DNA of 53,577 bases from Candidatus Eiseniibacteriota bacterium. Lineage in GTDB: Bacteria; ARS69. Positions 10,310 through 21,311 of the stretch are shown here, piece after piece. Numbering within the stretch: the first letter of the stretch is position 1; each line of letters starts with the position of its first letter. The notes below the pieces were generated by a model, which worked only from the letters and a program-made list of their open reading frames with translations, had not been told where the DNA came from and ran no database searches. The position numbers were made by a program, and so were the translations under genes. Where the stretch lies: contig JBQTGV010000014.1 in NCBI GenBank assembly GCA_052390515.1, positions 1 to 53,577 on the forward strand. The letters run 5' to 3'.

Positions 10310-12240
10310 GGGCGGGGCGATCAGGCGCGGCGGCCCTCGTGACCGGGGTCGTGGCGGCGGTCGCGGCGCCGGCGGACTCCGCGGCGGCTCCGTCGGCCGC
10401 CTCGGAAGAGCCCCCGCTGCTCGAGGGACAGCTCCTCGACGGCGACACGCTGCTCCGCGCCGGGCTCGTGCGGCTCTCCGACGTGTTCCTGCTCGCCGAG
10501 GGGTGGTCGGTCTCGACGATCGAGAACTGGTCGTGGCGCGCGACGCCGCCGGGCCTCGGGACCCTGGACCGCCCCGCGTGGGAACTGATCGTCGACGCGC
10601 GCCCGCTGAGCGGCAGCGACCCGTTCGGCAACGGCGGGCTCCACCGGGTCCCGCTCTCGCTGGAACGCATCGAGTCCGTCGAGCTCGTGGACCTGCCGCA
10701 GCTCCGCCACGGGCGCTTCCTCGACGGCGGCGGAGTCGTCGTGCGAACCCGCCGCCCCGCCCGCGGCGCCGGTCTGCGGGCCCGCTACGCGACCGGAAGC
10801 GAGACCGGCGATCCCGGTCCTTTCGAGTTCACGCCGCTGGGCACGCCCAACGCGGAGCGGCTGGGCCACGAGGCGAATCTCTCGGCGGCGGCGGCGGGGG
10901 AGGCGGCCTGGGCCGAAGCCGGGCTCGTCGTGCAGCGTCACTTCGCCGGGGACGCGCTGCTCGCCGGGCGGTACGCGGGGCTCTCCACCGACGACCCCCG
11001 CGTGTTCGACGCGGTGGCGCCGTCGCTGCACGCCGGCTTCCGCGGAGAGCGCCTCTCGTGGGAGATCGCCGCCGGGCACTCCCGGATCTTCGAGACGGCG
11101 TTCGTCGAGGGGATCGGCTCGGAGCTGCCGGTCGATTCGCGCTTCACCGACGTCTGCGTCCGCTCGACGCTCGCGCTGGCCGGTGAGCGGGAGATCGGGG
11201 TCGAGCTCGCGTCCACGCGGGACGATCCGCACGGCCGCGCCAACTCCTTCGGCCTCGATCCCGGCGAGGGCCGACGCATCGACCGCGCCGAGCTCGCCGG
11301 ACGCTCCGGGAACCTGGAGTTCGGCGCGGGCACCGAGCAGCGGCGGATCGTCGAGGAGACGACCACGGCGCTGCGGCTGTGGGGCGGTTGGGGGCGAAGC
11401 GCCGCGCTGCTGCTCGAACGGGACCGGCGCGACTTCGCGGCGAGCGCGAGCGTCGCCGGATCACTCGCCACGCCGGCCGCCGGGCGGCTGGAGCTCTCCC
11501 TCTCGCGCTCCGAGCGGCGGCGAGCCGAAGAGGCGGGTCCGTGGTTCCGGATCGAGCGCGGGTCCGAGCTGCTGGACGATGCGGGGGTCGCGGTCACCTT
11601 CGACGGCTCGATCGAGCCGGTGCGGACGACCTCGGCGGACCTGCGTTGGCGCGGCGGCGTGCGCGCTCTGTCGGTGTCCGCCTCCGGCTTCGCGCGACGG
11701 CAGCAGGGGATTACCATCGCCGCGCAGCACTTCGGCCCCGACCCCGCGGGCGGCACGGTCCGGACGCCGATCACGGTGCTGGGCGGTCGCGGCGGCTGGG
11801 TCGGGGGAGGGGCGATCGCGGTGGAGCGCCGTCTCGGTCCCGCCGCGACCGCCCGGGCTTCCTGGCACTGGCAGGAGACGCTCTCCGGCGATGGCGCGTT
11901 CCGCGAGCTGCGCCGGGCGGAGCCGCGGCACCAGGCGCGCGCTCTCGTCGACTGGACGCCGTCCGTCCCGTTCACGCTCCGCGCGATGCTGCGCTGGACC
12001 GCGGCGACGACCTGGACCGAGTACACCGGAATGGCGCGCCTGTCGGGAGGCCAGTACACGGAGCGGATCGGCGAGCGCTGGGAGCTGGACCTCTCGCTGC
12101 GCAAGAGCCTGCTCGGCCGCCGGGCGAACGCCGGCGCCACGTTCCGCAACGTCCTGGACGACGAGGTCCGGCTCCATCCCATCGGAGCGGGATGGCGCAT
12201 GTCGTTCCTCGTCCACCTGGACGTGCGCGGCGGGCCTTAG
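10306..12240 (+). CDS. Divergent TonB-dependent receptor-like outer-membrane protein
   Basis: Plug-like segment (AGLVRLSDVF...LIVDARP...SLERIESVEL) and barrel end (LDLSLRKSL...TFRNVLD). GTG 10306 overlaps the upstream stop. Confidence 0.65.
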   Translation: MRAGRSGAAALVTGVVAAVAAPADSAAAPSAASEEPPLLEGQLLDGDTLLRAGLVRLSDVFLLAEGWSVSTIENWSWRATPPGLGTLDRPAWELIVDARPLSGSDPFGNGGLHRVPLSLERIESVELVDLPQLRHGRFLDGGGVVVRTRRPARGAGLRARYATGSETGDPGPFEFTPLGTPNAERLGHEANLSAAAAGEAAWAEAGLVVQRHFAGDALLAGRYAGLSTDDPRVFDAVAPSLHAGFRGERLSWEIAAGHSRIFETAFVEGIGSELPVDSRFTDVCVRSTLALAGEREIGVELASTRDDPHGRANSFGLDPGEGRRIDRAELAGRSGNLEFGAGTEQRRIVEETTTALRLWGGWGRSAALLLERDRRDFAASASVAGSLATPAAGRLELSLSRSERRRAEEAGPWFRIERGSELLDDAGVAVTFDGSIEPVRTTSADLRWRGGVRALSVSASGFARRQQGITIAAQHFGPDPAGGTVRTPITVLGGRGGWVGGGAIAVERRLGPAATARASWHWQETLSGDGAFRELRRAEPRHQARALVDWTPSVPFTLRAMLRWTAATTWTEYTGMARLSGGQYTERIGERWELDLSLRKSLLGRRANAGATFRNVLDDEVRLHPIGAGWRMSFLVHLDVRGGP

Positions 12241-13721
12241 AACATTCGCTGGATGCGCGCGGAGACGATGAACCCTTCGGGGTCGTCGCGGCCGTCGACT
12301 TTCTTGGCGAGGTTCACGCGGAACGACGAATCGGAGTCCTGGATGCCCACGCCCGCGTCGGTCTTGAGGTCGAGGTCGGTGGCGGACTCGATCCAGGCGT
12401 CGCCGACGTCCACGAACGCGACGGCCTGCAGCTCCGGGAAGATCTCGACGCGCATCTCCGCGTTGGCCAGGAGCAACCGGTCCCCGGTGACGGACTTGAA
12501 CTGCGTCCCGCGAAGAGTCCCGGTGCCTCCGAGGTAGAAGCGCTCCTGCACGGGAACGGCGGCGAATCCTTCGACCTGGTCGGTCCCGGCTCCTCGCTTG
12601 GCTCCGTCGATGCGCCCGCCCATCACGCGGAAGTCGAAGTAGTGCCCGCGGGACAGCTTGAGGTAGCGGCGAAGCTCGAGGGTGCCGCGTCGGAACTCGA
12701 AGTCTCCGCCGAACTCACCTCCGGCCAGCTCGTACGAGCCCAGCGCGCGGAGGCCGCGCGTCGGATTGCGCTTGGAGTTGCGCGTGTCCAGGTCGGTTTC
12801 CGCGGTGAAGATGCGCAGCTCGCCGTCGTCGACGGCGGGGTTCACTCTCATTCGCTTCTCGCCGCCGAAGAGCCCCCAGTCCGTGGTCTTGGAGAGCGAG
12901 CGATGGTCTTCGCCCCGCCAGCGCGCGGTCAGCTCGAGCGACCGGCCGAGGTACGCTGTGGCGTGCAGGGCCGTCCCTTCGGCCTCGTGGTAATCCCGCC
13001 AGTCCTCGCGGAAGAAGAACGTCGCGAGCGAGTTCTCGGTCTCGCCCATGCGGTCCCGGTCCGGCGTGTCGGTCACGCGGAAGACACGCACGCCGACGTC
13101 CAGCAGCCGCGAGTCGATCAGCGGCTGCACGACCGCGACGTCGTAGAGCCAGCGGTCACGGCCGAAGGACCGCGCGCCGCGGAACGTCAGCTCCGGATGG
13201 AGGCGCGCGCGGTTGTCGTACTTCAGCCAGGTGGCGAGCCGCGCCTGGTCGACCCGGTCGTAGCTTCCGGTCGCGCCGAAGGTCGCTTCGCGGAAGCGCG
13301 CCGGACGGGGATCGATGACCTCGCCGTTCTCGATGCGCAGCAGCGAGGCGGCGTCGGCGTGCGCCTGTTCCGCGGCGTCGACGATGGGATTGTCGGGATC
13401 CCGCCGCCACTCCCCGTCGACGACGTAGAAGTAGGGCCAGGGCCCCTCGCCGAGATCCACGACGACACGCCACACCCCGTCGCGCGTGCGGCAGAGCGGA
13501 GTCGCCCCCTCGTCCCACTCGTTGAATCGACCGACGAGGCTGACATGACGCGCCTCCGCGTCCTGGTACCGGAAGAGCACGCCGTCCTCCACCGTGGCAG
13601 GGGCGAGCGGCCCGCCGCGCGGCAGGCGAGAGGAGCCCGGCATCGGGGCGAGGCTCGCGGACGCCGGGACGGCCAGCGCGGCGCCGAGAAGCAGGGCGGC
13701 GACGACGGACGGCGTGCGCAT
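12237..13721 (-). CDS. Omp85 (BamA/TamA-type) beta-barrel with N-terminal CBM48/AMPK-beta-like glycogen-binding-type domain
   Basis: ATG 13721 follows GGAG; signal peptide; VSLVGRFNEW...DGVW...YFYVVDGEWRRDPDNP (CBM48-like); barrel motifs ERFYLGGTGTLRG, ANAEMR, FVDVGDAW, DAGVG; C-terminal F. Confidence 0.8.
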   Translation of the reverse strand: MRTPSVVAALLLGAALAVPASASLAPMPGSSRLPRGGPLAPATVEDGVLFRYQDAEARHVSLVGRFNEWDEGATPLCRTRDGVWRVVVDLGEGPWPYFYVVDGEWRRDPDNPIVDAAEQAHADAASLLRIENGEVIDPRPARFREATFGATGSYDRVDQARLATWLKYDNRARLHPELTFRGARSFGRDRWLYDVAVVQPLIDSRLLDVGVRVFRVTDTPDRDRMGETENSLATFFFREDWRDYHEAEGTALHATAYLGRSLELTARWRGEDHRSLSKTTDWGLFGGEKRMRVNPAVDDGELRIFTAETDLDTRNSKRNPTRGLRALGSYELAGGEFGGDFEFRRGTLELRRYLKLSRGHYFDFRVMGGRIDGAKRGAGTDQVEGFAAVPVQERFYLGGTGTLRGTQFKSVTGDRLLLANAEMRVEIFPELQAVAFVDVGDAWIESATDLDLKTDAGVGIQDSDSSFRVNLAKKVDGRDDPEGFIVSARIQRMF

Positions 13722-13774
13722 CGGACGGTCTCCGCGGGGAAGGGCGGCAGGGGCGTGCCGGTGCCCTCGAATCC

Positions 13775-13790
13775 AGCAAGGCGCGGGCCA
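13775..13790 (-). promoter_or_regulatory. Sigma54 (-24/-12) promoter for the CBM48-Omp85 gene
   Basis: Minus strand TGGCCCGCGCCTTGCT matches TGGCACG-N4-TTGCW at all but one position (GG-N10-GC). It ends 53 nt before the ATG and lies directly downstream of a sigma54 activator gene. Confidence 0.75.
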
Positions 13791-13855
13791 GGCGGGCGGG
13801 GCGCCTTCCGCCGGCCCTCCACGCTTTCCGAGTGTCGCCCGGCCCCGTCCCGCGG

Positions 13856-15259
<1,404 letters not shown>

Positions 15260-15314
15260 GGGCTGCCTCCGAGCGGGGCAGCATACGACAGCGGGGCGAA
15301 GCCGGGGACGTCCG

Positions 15315-16154
15315 TCAGCGGAAGGCGAGGATCAGGCTGCCCGCGGCGACGACCGCGGCCGCGGTCGCGCGGCGCCGGCCGAACGGCTCCCCGAGATGAC
15401 GCGCCCCGATCCAGGCCGCCAGCACGACGCTCGTCTCGCGCAGGGCGGCGATCGGCGCGACGGCGCCGGCCGACCAAGCCCAGATCACGAGCCCGTAAGC
15501 CAGCGCGGCCAGCCCTCCGGCGAGCACGGAGACGGCGCCCTCGCGGCGAAGGAAGGGCTGGATGTCGCCGCGCCTTCGCAGCAGGACCCAGCCCAGCAGG
15601 GGCAGCCCCTCCACCAGGTTCATCCATACGATGTACGTGAACGGCGTCGGCGCGCTCCGCACCCCGCGCCCGTCGACGATCGTGTACGCCGCGATGAACA
15701 CTCCGGTGCCGAGCGCGAGCCAGGTCCCCCGCGCCTGGGTTCGGCCGCCACCCAGGAACGCGAGGCTCGCGACGCCGGCGCAGATCGTGGCGATGCCCAG
15801 GATCTCCCGCGGCGCGAGCACCTCGCCGAGCAGCGCCGGCGAGAGCACGGCGACGAGCGCCGGACCGAACCCCCTCGCGATCGGATAGACCCGGGAAAGG
15901 TCGCCGAAGCGGTACGCGCCGATCAGCATCAGGAAGTACCCGAGGTGCACGACCATGCTCAGGCCGAGGAACATCCACGTGCGCGGCGAGGGGAAGGGTA
16001 CGAAAGGGACGGCGAAGAGGCAGGCCACGGCTCCGGCGGTCGTCATGACCACGATGGAGAGCAGGCGCCCGCGGCTCCCTTTGAGCACGCCGTTCCAGAC
16101 GGCGTGGAGCGCCGCGGCGGTGAGCACCACGGCGCTCGTGAGCTCGAAGGTCAA
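15315..16154 (-). CDS. EamA/DMT family transporter
   Basis: About 10 TM; AAALHAVWN, GDLSRVYPIARG, ALRETSV motifs. Confidence 0.88.
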   Translation of the reverse strand: MTFELTSAVVLTAAALHAVWNGVLKGSRGRLLSIVVMTTAGAVACLFAVPFVPFPSPRTWMFLGLSMVVHLGYFLMLIGAYRFGDLSRVYPIARGFGPALVAVLSPALLGEVLAPREILGIATICAGVASLAFLGGGRTQARGTWLALGTGVFIAAYTIVDGRGVRSAPTPFTYIVWMNLVEGLPLLGWVLLRRRGDIQPFLRREGAVSVLAGGLAALAYGLVIWAWSAGAVAPIAALRETSVVLAAWIGARHLGEPFGRRRATAAAVVAAGSLILAFR

Positions 16155-16185
16155 TGGACCGCAGCCGGCCGGTGGTGGCGCCGCG

Positions 16186-17673
16186 TCACGCGCTCTCCGG
16201 CAGGTCGAGGGGGATCTCCAGCACGAACCGGGAGCCCGGCTTGCGGTCGATCCAGCGCAGCGTGCCCTGGTGGTCGCTGGCGATGCGGTGGACCATGGCG
16301 AGACCGAGGCCGGATCCGCCGGGACGCCCGCTCGCGCCGGGCCGGAAGAGCCGGGCGCGCAACGTCTCCGGGATTCCCGGGCCCGGATCCTCCACTTCGA
16401 GGAACGCTCGGCTCGACTCCTGCGCGACGCGAAGCCGGATGGTGCCGGAGAGGCCGGCCCCGGCCATCGCCTCGGCGGCGTTCTTGACCAGGTTCGTCGC
16501 CGCGCGCCGCAGCTGGTCCCGGTCCGCTACGAGGGGCAGCGACTCCGGTCCCTCGTAGGCCACCTCGACTCCGGGTGCGGGCTCGCGGAAGAGCTCGCGC
16601 ACGCTGCGCGCCACCTGGGCGAGATCGGTACGCACGAACTTCGCCTCCGGCATCTTGGCGAACTCGGAGAAGGACTCCGAGATGCGCGAGAGATTCTCCA
16701 CTTCCTCGCCGATGGACCGGAGGCTCTCCGCGGCCTCCGCGTCGCCGGGCAGCCGCGAGCGCAGGCGGTGCACGGCGAGCCGCACCGGCGTGAGCGGGTT
16801 GCGGATCTCGTGCGCGATGCCCTGGGCCACGTCGCGCCAGGCAGCGATGCGCTCCACGCGCAGCAGCTCCTCCCGGGAACGCTCGAGCCCGGCGGTCATG
16901 CGATTGAAGGCGGTGACCAGGTCCCCGATCTCCCCGTCGGCGCGGATCTCCGCCCGGTGGGACAGGTCCCCGCCCGCCACCCGATCGGCCGAACGCGCGA
17001 GCTCGGTCACCGGGCGGCTGATGCGGCGGGCCGTGACGCGCGCCACCCACGTGGCGGATCCGGCCGCGAGCAGGAAGATCGCCGCGGAAGTGAGCCACAC
17101 CAGGCGCTTCTGGATCTCCTCGACCGGACCGAGCTGCAGGTAGCGGCCGTAGTCGCGGCCCACCGAGCCCATGGCCAGCGCGAGCTCCTCGGAGAGCACC
17201 ACGCCGACCGCCCGGCCCGGCCCGCCGTCATCGCCGGCGTGGAAGAAGCGCAGCGATCGCCCGCGCAGGGTCGGCGGCGAGCCTTCGCCCGAGAGCGCCG
17301 CCCAGTCCTCCTCGGCGGGCAAGTCGTCGGCACGGACGTCGCCCCAGGCGATCACCCGGGGATCCTGTTCCCACACCGCGAAGCTCAGCTCGGACTCCTC
17401 GATGAGCCGGCGCACGACCGCCTCGGAGCTCTCCGGGAAGCGCGCCGGCAGCGCCTCGAGCAAGGGATCCGCGTTCACGCGCCAGCGGTCCACGAGCTCG
17501 CGGTAGAGCCGCGGGGCGTGGGTGACGGACGCTTGCACGCCCGGATTCTGCAGACGCTCGACGGCGGTGGAGATGCGCTGCGAAGCGATGAACGAGACCA
17601 GCAGCGCGGGCACGGAGGCGAGCAGCAGGAAGCTCACCAGCAGCCGAGCCTCCAGCGTGCGGAACCGGGGAAT
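16186..17673 (-). CDS. NtrY-like HAMP sensor histidine kinase
   Basis: TM-periplasmic-TM-HAMP; ERIAAWRDVAQGIAHEIRNPLTP, NLVKNAAEA, GSGLGL. The best SD (GAGGAGG) points to ATT at 17673; the first canonical start is GTG 17637. Confidence 0.88.
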   Translation of the reverse strand: MPRFRTLEARLLVSFLLLASVPALLVSFIASQRISTAVERLQNPGVQASVTHAPRLYRELVDRWRVNADPLLEALPARFPESSEAVVRRLIEESELSFAVWEQDPRVIAWGDVRADDLPAEEDWAALSGEGSPPTLRGRSLRFFHAGDDGGPGRAVGVVLSEELALAMGSVGRDYGRYLQLGPVEEIQKRLVWLTSAAIFLLAAGSATWVARVTARRISRPVTELARSADRVAGGDLSHRAEIRADGEIGDLVTAFNRMTAGLERSREELLRVERIAAWRDVAQGIAHEIRNPLTPVRLAVHRLRSRLPGDAEAAESLRSIGEEVENLSRISESFSEFAKMPEAKFVRTDLAQVARSVRELFREPAPGVEVAYEGPESLPLVADRDQLRRAATNLVKNAAEAMAGAGLSGTIRLRVAQESSRAFLEVEDPGPGIPETLRARLFRPGASGRPGGSGLGLAMVHRIASDHQGTLRWIDRKPGSRFVLEIPLDLPESA

Positions 17674-17685
17674 GGCCGTCCCTCC

Positions 17686-18378
17686 TCAGATGCCGCGCAG
17701 GTACAGGATCATCACCACGTTCAGGAGGACGTGGGCCAGCGCCAGGCCGAGCACGTTGCGGGTGCGCAGCGCGATGGCGTCGCCGAGCACGCCGAGAGCC
17801 AGGAACAGACCGTACGCCGCCGGCGCGCCCAGGCAAGCCGACAGGGCGCGGATCTCGTACCCGTGGCCCAGGATCCAGAACACGTTCTGCATGAGCACCG
17901 CGAAGGACCGGGGCGCGCAGTCGGCGAGCCACAGCAGCACGAAGCCGCGCGTGGCCAGGTCGGTCGTCGCGGCGAGCACGCACATGGAGGTGGCCAGGAC
18001 GGCGACCTTCTCGGCGCGGACGATGCGGATGGGGTGGTCGGCCACGGCCGGATCCGCCCAGCAGTGCAGGAAGGCGACGAGCGCGAGCGCGTAGAGCGCG
18101 CAGGACAGCAGGAAGCTCAGCGCGAAGCCCTGCCGGCCCAGCCCGAGCTTCGCCGGGGGCCGTCCCTGGAACCGGGCGGCCCACGCGTACGGCAGCGCGA
18201 CTACCAGGACGCCCTGCAGGGACGAGTTCGCGAGATGGCGCGTGACGAAGTCGAGCGCCTGGGTGACCTCGAGGCGCGCGATGAGGAGCCAGGTCAGGAC
18301 AACGCCGCCGCAGAAGACGGCGAGACCCGCGGCAGCGCGCGCGAGATCCGTTCTGCCGGCACGAGTCGATCGGGACAC
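17686..18378 (-). CDS. CPBP/Abi-family intramembrane protease-like protein with degenerate EExxxR motif
   Basis: Multi-TM; LGL, TDLATRG (in place of EExxxRG), FWILGH, RTRNVLGLALAHVLLN motifs. Confidence 0.7.
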   Translation of the reverse strand: MSRSTRAGRTDLARAAAGLAVFCGGVVLTWLLIARLEVTQALDFVTRHLANSSLQGVLVVALPYAWAARFQGRPPAKLGLGRQGFALSFLLSCALYALALVAFLHCWADPAVADHPIRIVRAEKVAVLATSMCVLAATTDLATRGFVLLWLADCAPRSFAVLMQNVFWILGHGYEIRALSACLGAPAAYGLFLALGVLGDAIALRTRNVLGLALAHVLLNVVMILYLRGI

Positions 18379-18380
18379 GG

Positions 18381-18450
18381 GCGGCAGGGTATCACGCCCC
18401 ACCGGACCCGGCCCGTGGTCACGTTCTCGCCGGTCTGATACCTTTGCCGC
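18381..18450. promoter_or_regulatory. Back-to-back extended -10 promoters, probably leaderless
   Basis: Minus TG-A-TACCCT lies 7 nt before GTG 18378; plus TG-A-TACCTT lies 6 nt before ATG 18451. No SD on either side. Confidence 0.55.
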
Positions 18451-19479
18451 ATGAGGCAGGAAGCCGTGCTCGTGACCGGCGCGAACGGGGAGATCGGCCA
18501 CGGGCTGGTCAGCCGGCTCGCCGCGCTCGGCCGCGACCGCGTCGTCGCGCTGGACATCTCCGCGGTGGACATCGAGCTCGCGTCGCGCTGCCACGAGGCC
18601 ATCGAAGGATCCATCCTCGACGAGGAGCTGCTCTCGCGGCTCGTCTCCCGCTACGAGTTCCGGACGATCTACCATCTCGCCGCGCTGCTCTCCACGCGCG
18701 CGGAGTTCACGCCGCGGGCGGCTCACGACGTGAACGTCCAGGGCACGCTGAACCTGCTGTCCCTCGCCGCGGAGCAGACCGACTGGTCGGGCCGGCGCGT
18801 CAAGTTCATGTTCCCCAGCTCGATCGCCGTGTACGGGATTCCGCTCGGCCAGAAGGACGGGCTCGGCCGCGTGCAGGAGAAGACCTGGAATCTGCCGGCC
18901 ACGATGTACGGCTGCAACAAGGCCTACTGCGAGCATCTCGGGCGATACTTCGCGGAGCACTACAAGCAGCTCGGCGCGCGCCACGAGCCCTCCGGCCTGG
19001 ACTTCCGCAGCCTGCGCTTCCCCGGACTCATCAGTGCGGACACCTTGCCCACCGGCGGCACGTCCGACTACCTGCCGGAGATGCTGCACGCGGCCGCCCG
19101 CGGCGAGGAGTACTCGTGCTTCGTGCGGCCGGACACGCGCCTCCCGTTCATGGCCATGCCCGACGCCATCCACGCGCTGTTCCTGCTCGCCGAAGCGGAC
19201 GAGGCGAACCTCTCCTGGCGCGTCTACAACGTGACGAGCTTCAACCCGTCGGCCGCGGAGTTCCGGGAACTGCTGCTGCGCCGCTTCCCGGAGGCGCGCA
19301 TCGGTTTCCGCGTGGACGACAAGCGGCAGGGCATCGTGGACCGCTGGCCCTCGGACGTGAACGACGACGCGGCCCGCGCCGACTGGGGATGGCGTCCGGA
19401 GTACGACCTTGAGCGAGCGCTCGACGAGTACCTCGTGCCGGGCGTTCGCCGACGGACGGAGCCCGGGAGAGTCCGGTGA
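18451..19479 (+). CDS. NAD-dependent epimerase/dehydratase family, probable SDR-type L-threonine 3-dehydrogenase
   Basis: GANGEIG, YHLAALLS, PSSIAVYG, TMYGCNK, SLRFPGLIS and GGTSDY, as in SDR-type ThrDH. Confidence 0.8.
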   Translation: MRQEAVLVTGANGEIGHGLVSRLAALGRDRVVALDISAVDIELASRCHEAIEGSILDEELLSRLVSRYEFRTIYHLAALLSTRAEFTPRAAHDVNVQGTLNLLSLAAEQTDWSGRRVKFMFPSSIAVYGIPLGQKDGLGRVQEKTWNLPATMYGCNKAYCEHLGRYFAEHYKQLGARHEPSGLDFRSLRFPGLISADTLPTGGTSDYLPEMLHAAARGEEYSCFVRPDTRLPFMAMPDAIHALFLLAEADEANLSWRVYNVTSFNPSAAEFRELLLRRFPEARIGFRVDDKRQGIVDRWPSDVNDDAARADWGWRPEYDLERALDEYLVPGVRRRTEPGRVR

Positions 19480-19877
19480 CGCCGCGCCCCCGAGAGGTCC
19501 CGGAGGCCGCGCGCTTCTTTCTCGCGCTGTCGGATGCCACGCGGCTCGCCCTGCTCGAGGAGCTGCGCGTCGGCGAGCGCACCGTCGGCGAGCTGGTCGA
19601 GCGGCTTCGCTGCCCGCAGCCCAAGGTGTCGCGGCATCTCAAGGTGCTGAAGGACGCGGGCCTGGTGCGCGACCGTCGTGACGGACGCAAGGTCCACTAC
19701 GAGCTGTCGACGCGGTCGTCCTGGCCGGACGCGGCGAAGGGCTGGATCGAGCTGCTCGACGCCGGGCTTCCGGTGGAGGCGTTGCTGGCGCGCGAAGCGC
19801 GCCCGCCGCGGGAGCCGCGGGCCGTCGCGCGGGCGGCGCCGGTCCCCCAGCCCGAGCTCGAGGACTGGCTGCTCTAG
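19476..19877 (+). CDS. ArsR/SmtB family transcriptional regulator
   Basis: ALSDATRL.LL...ERTVGEL...QPKVSRHLKVLKDAGLV..RRDGR...Y. Confidence 0.9.
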   Translation: MTPRPREVPEAARFFLALSDATRLALLEELRVGERTVGELVERLRCPQPKVSRHLKVLKDAGLVRDRRDGRKVHYELSTRSSWPDAAKGWIELLDAGLPVEALLAREARPPREPRAVARAAPVPQPELEDWLL

Positions 19878-19929
19878 TGTTCCGTATCGAAGGAAACGTC
19901 CAGGATGATCTCGCCTAACCCGGAACACT
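19876..19929. repeat. 54-bp segment bounded by 9-bp inverted repeat (possible MITE remnant or operator)
   Basis: AGTGTTCCG 19876-19884 / CGGAACACT 19921-19929. Confidence 0.4.
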
Positions 19930-19936
19930 GACCGCC

Positions 19937-21310
<1,374 letters not shown>

Positions 21311-21311
21311 C

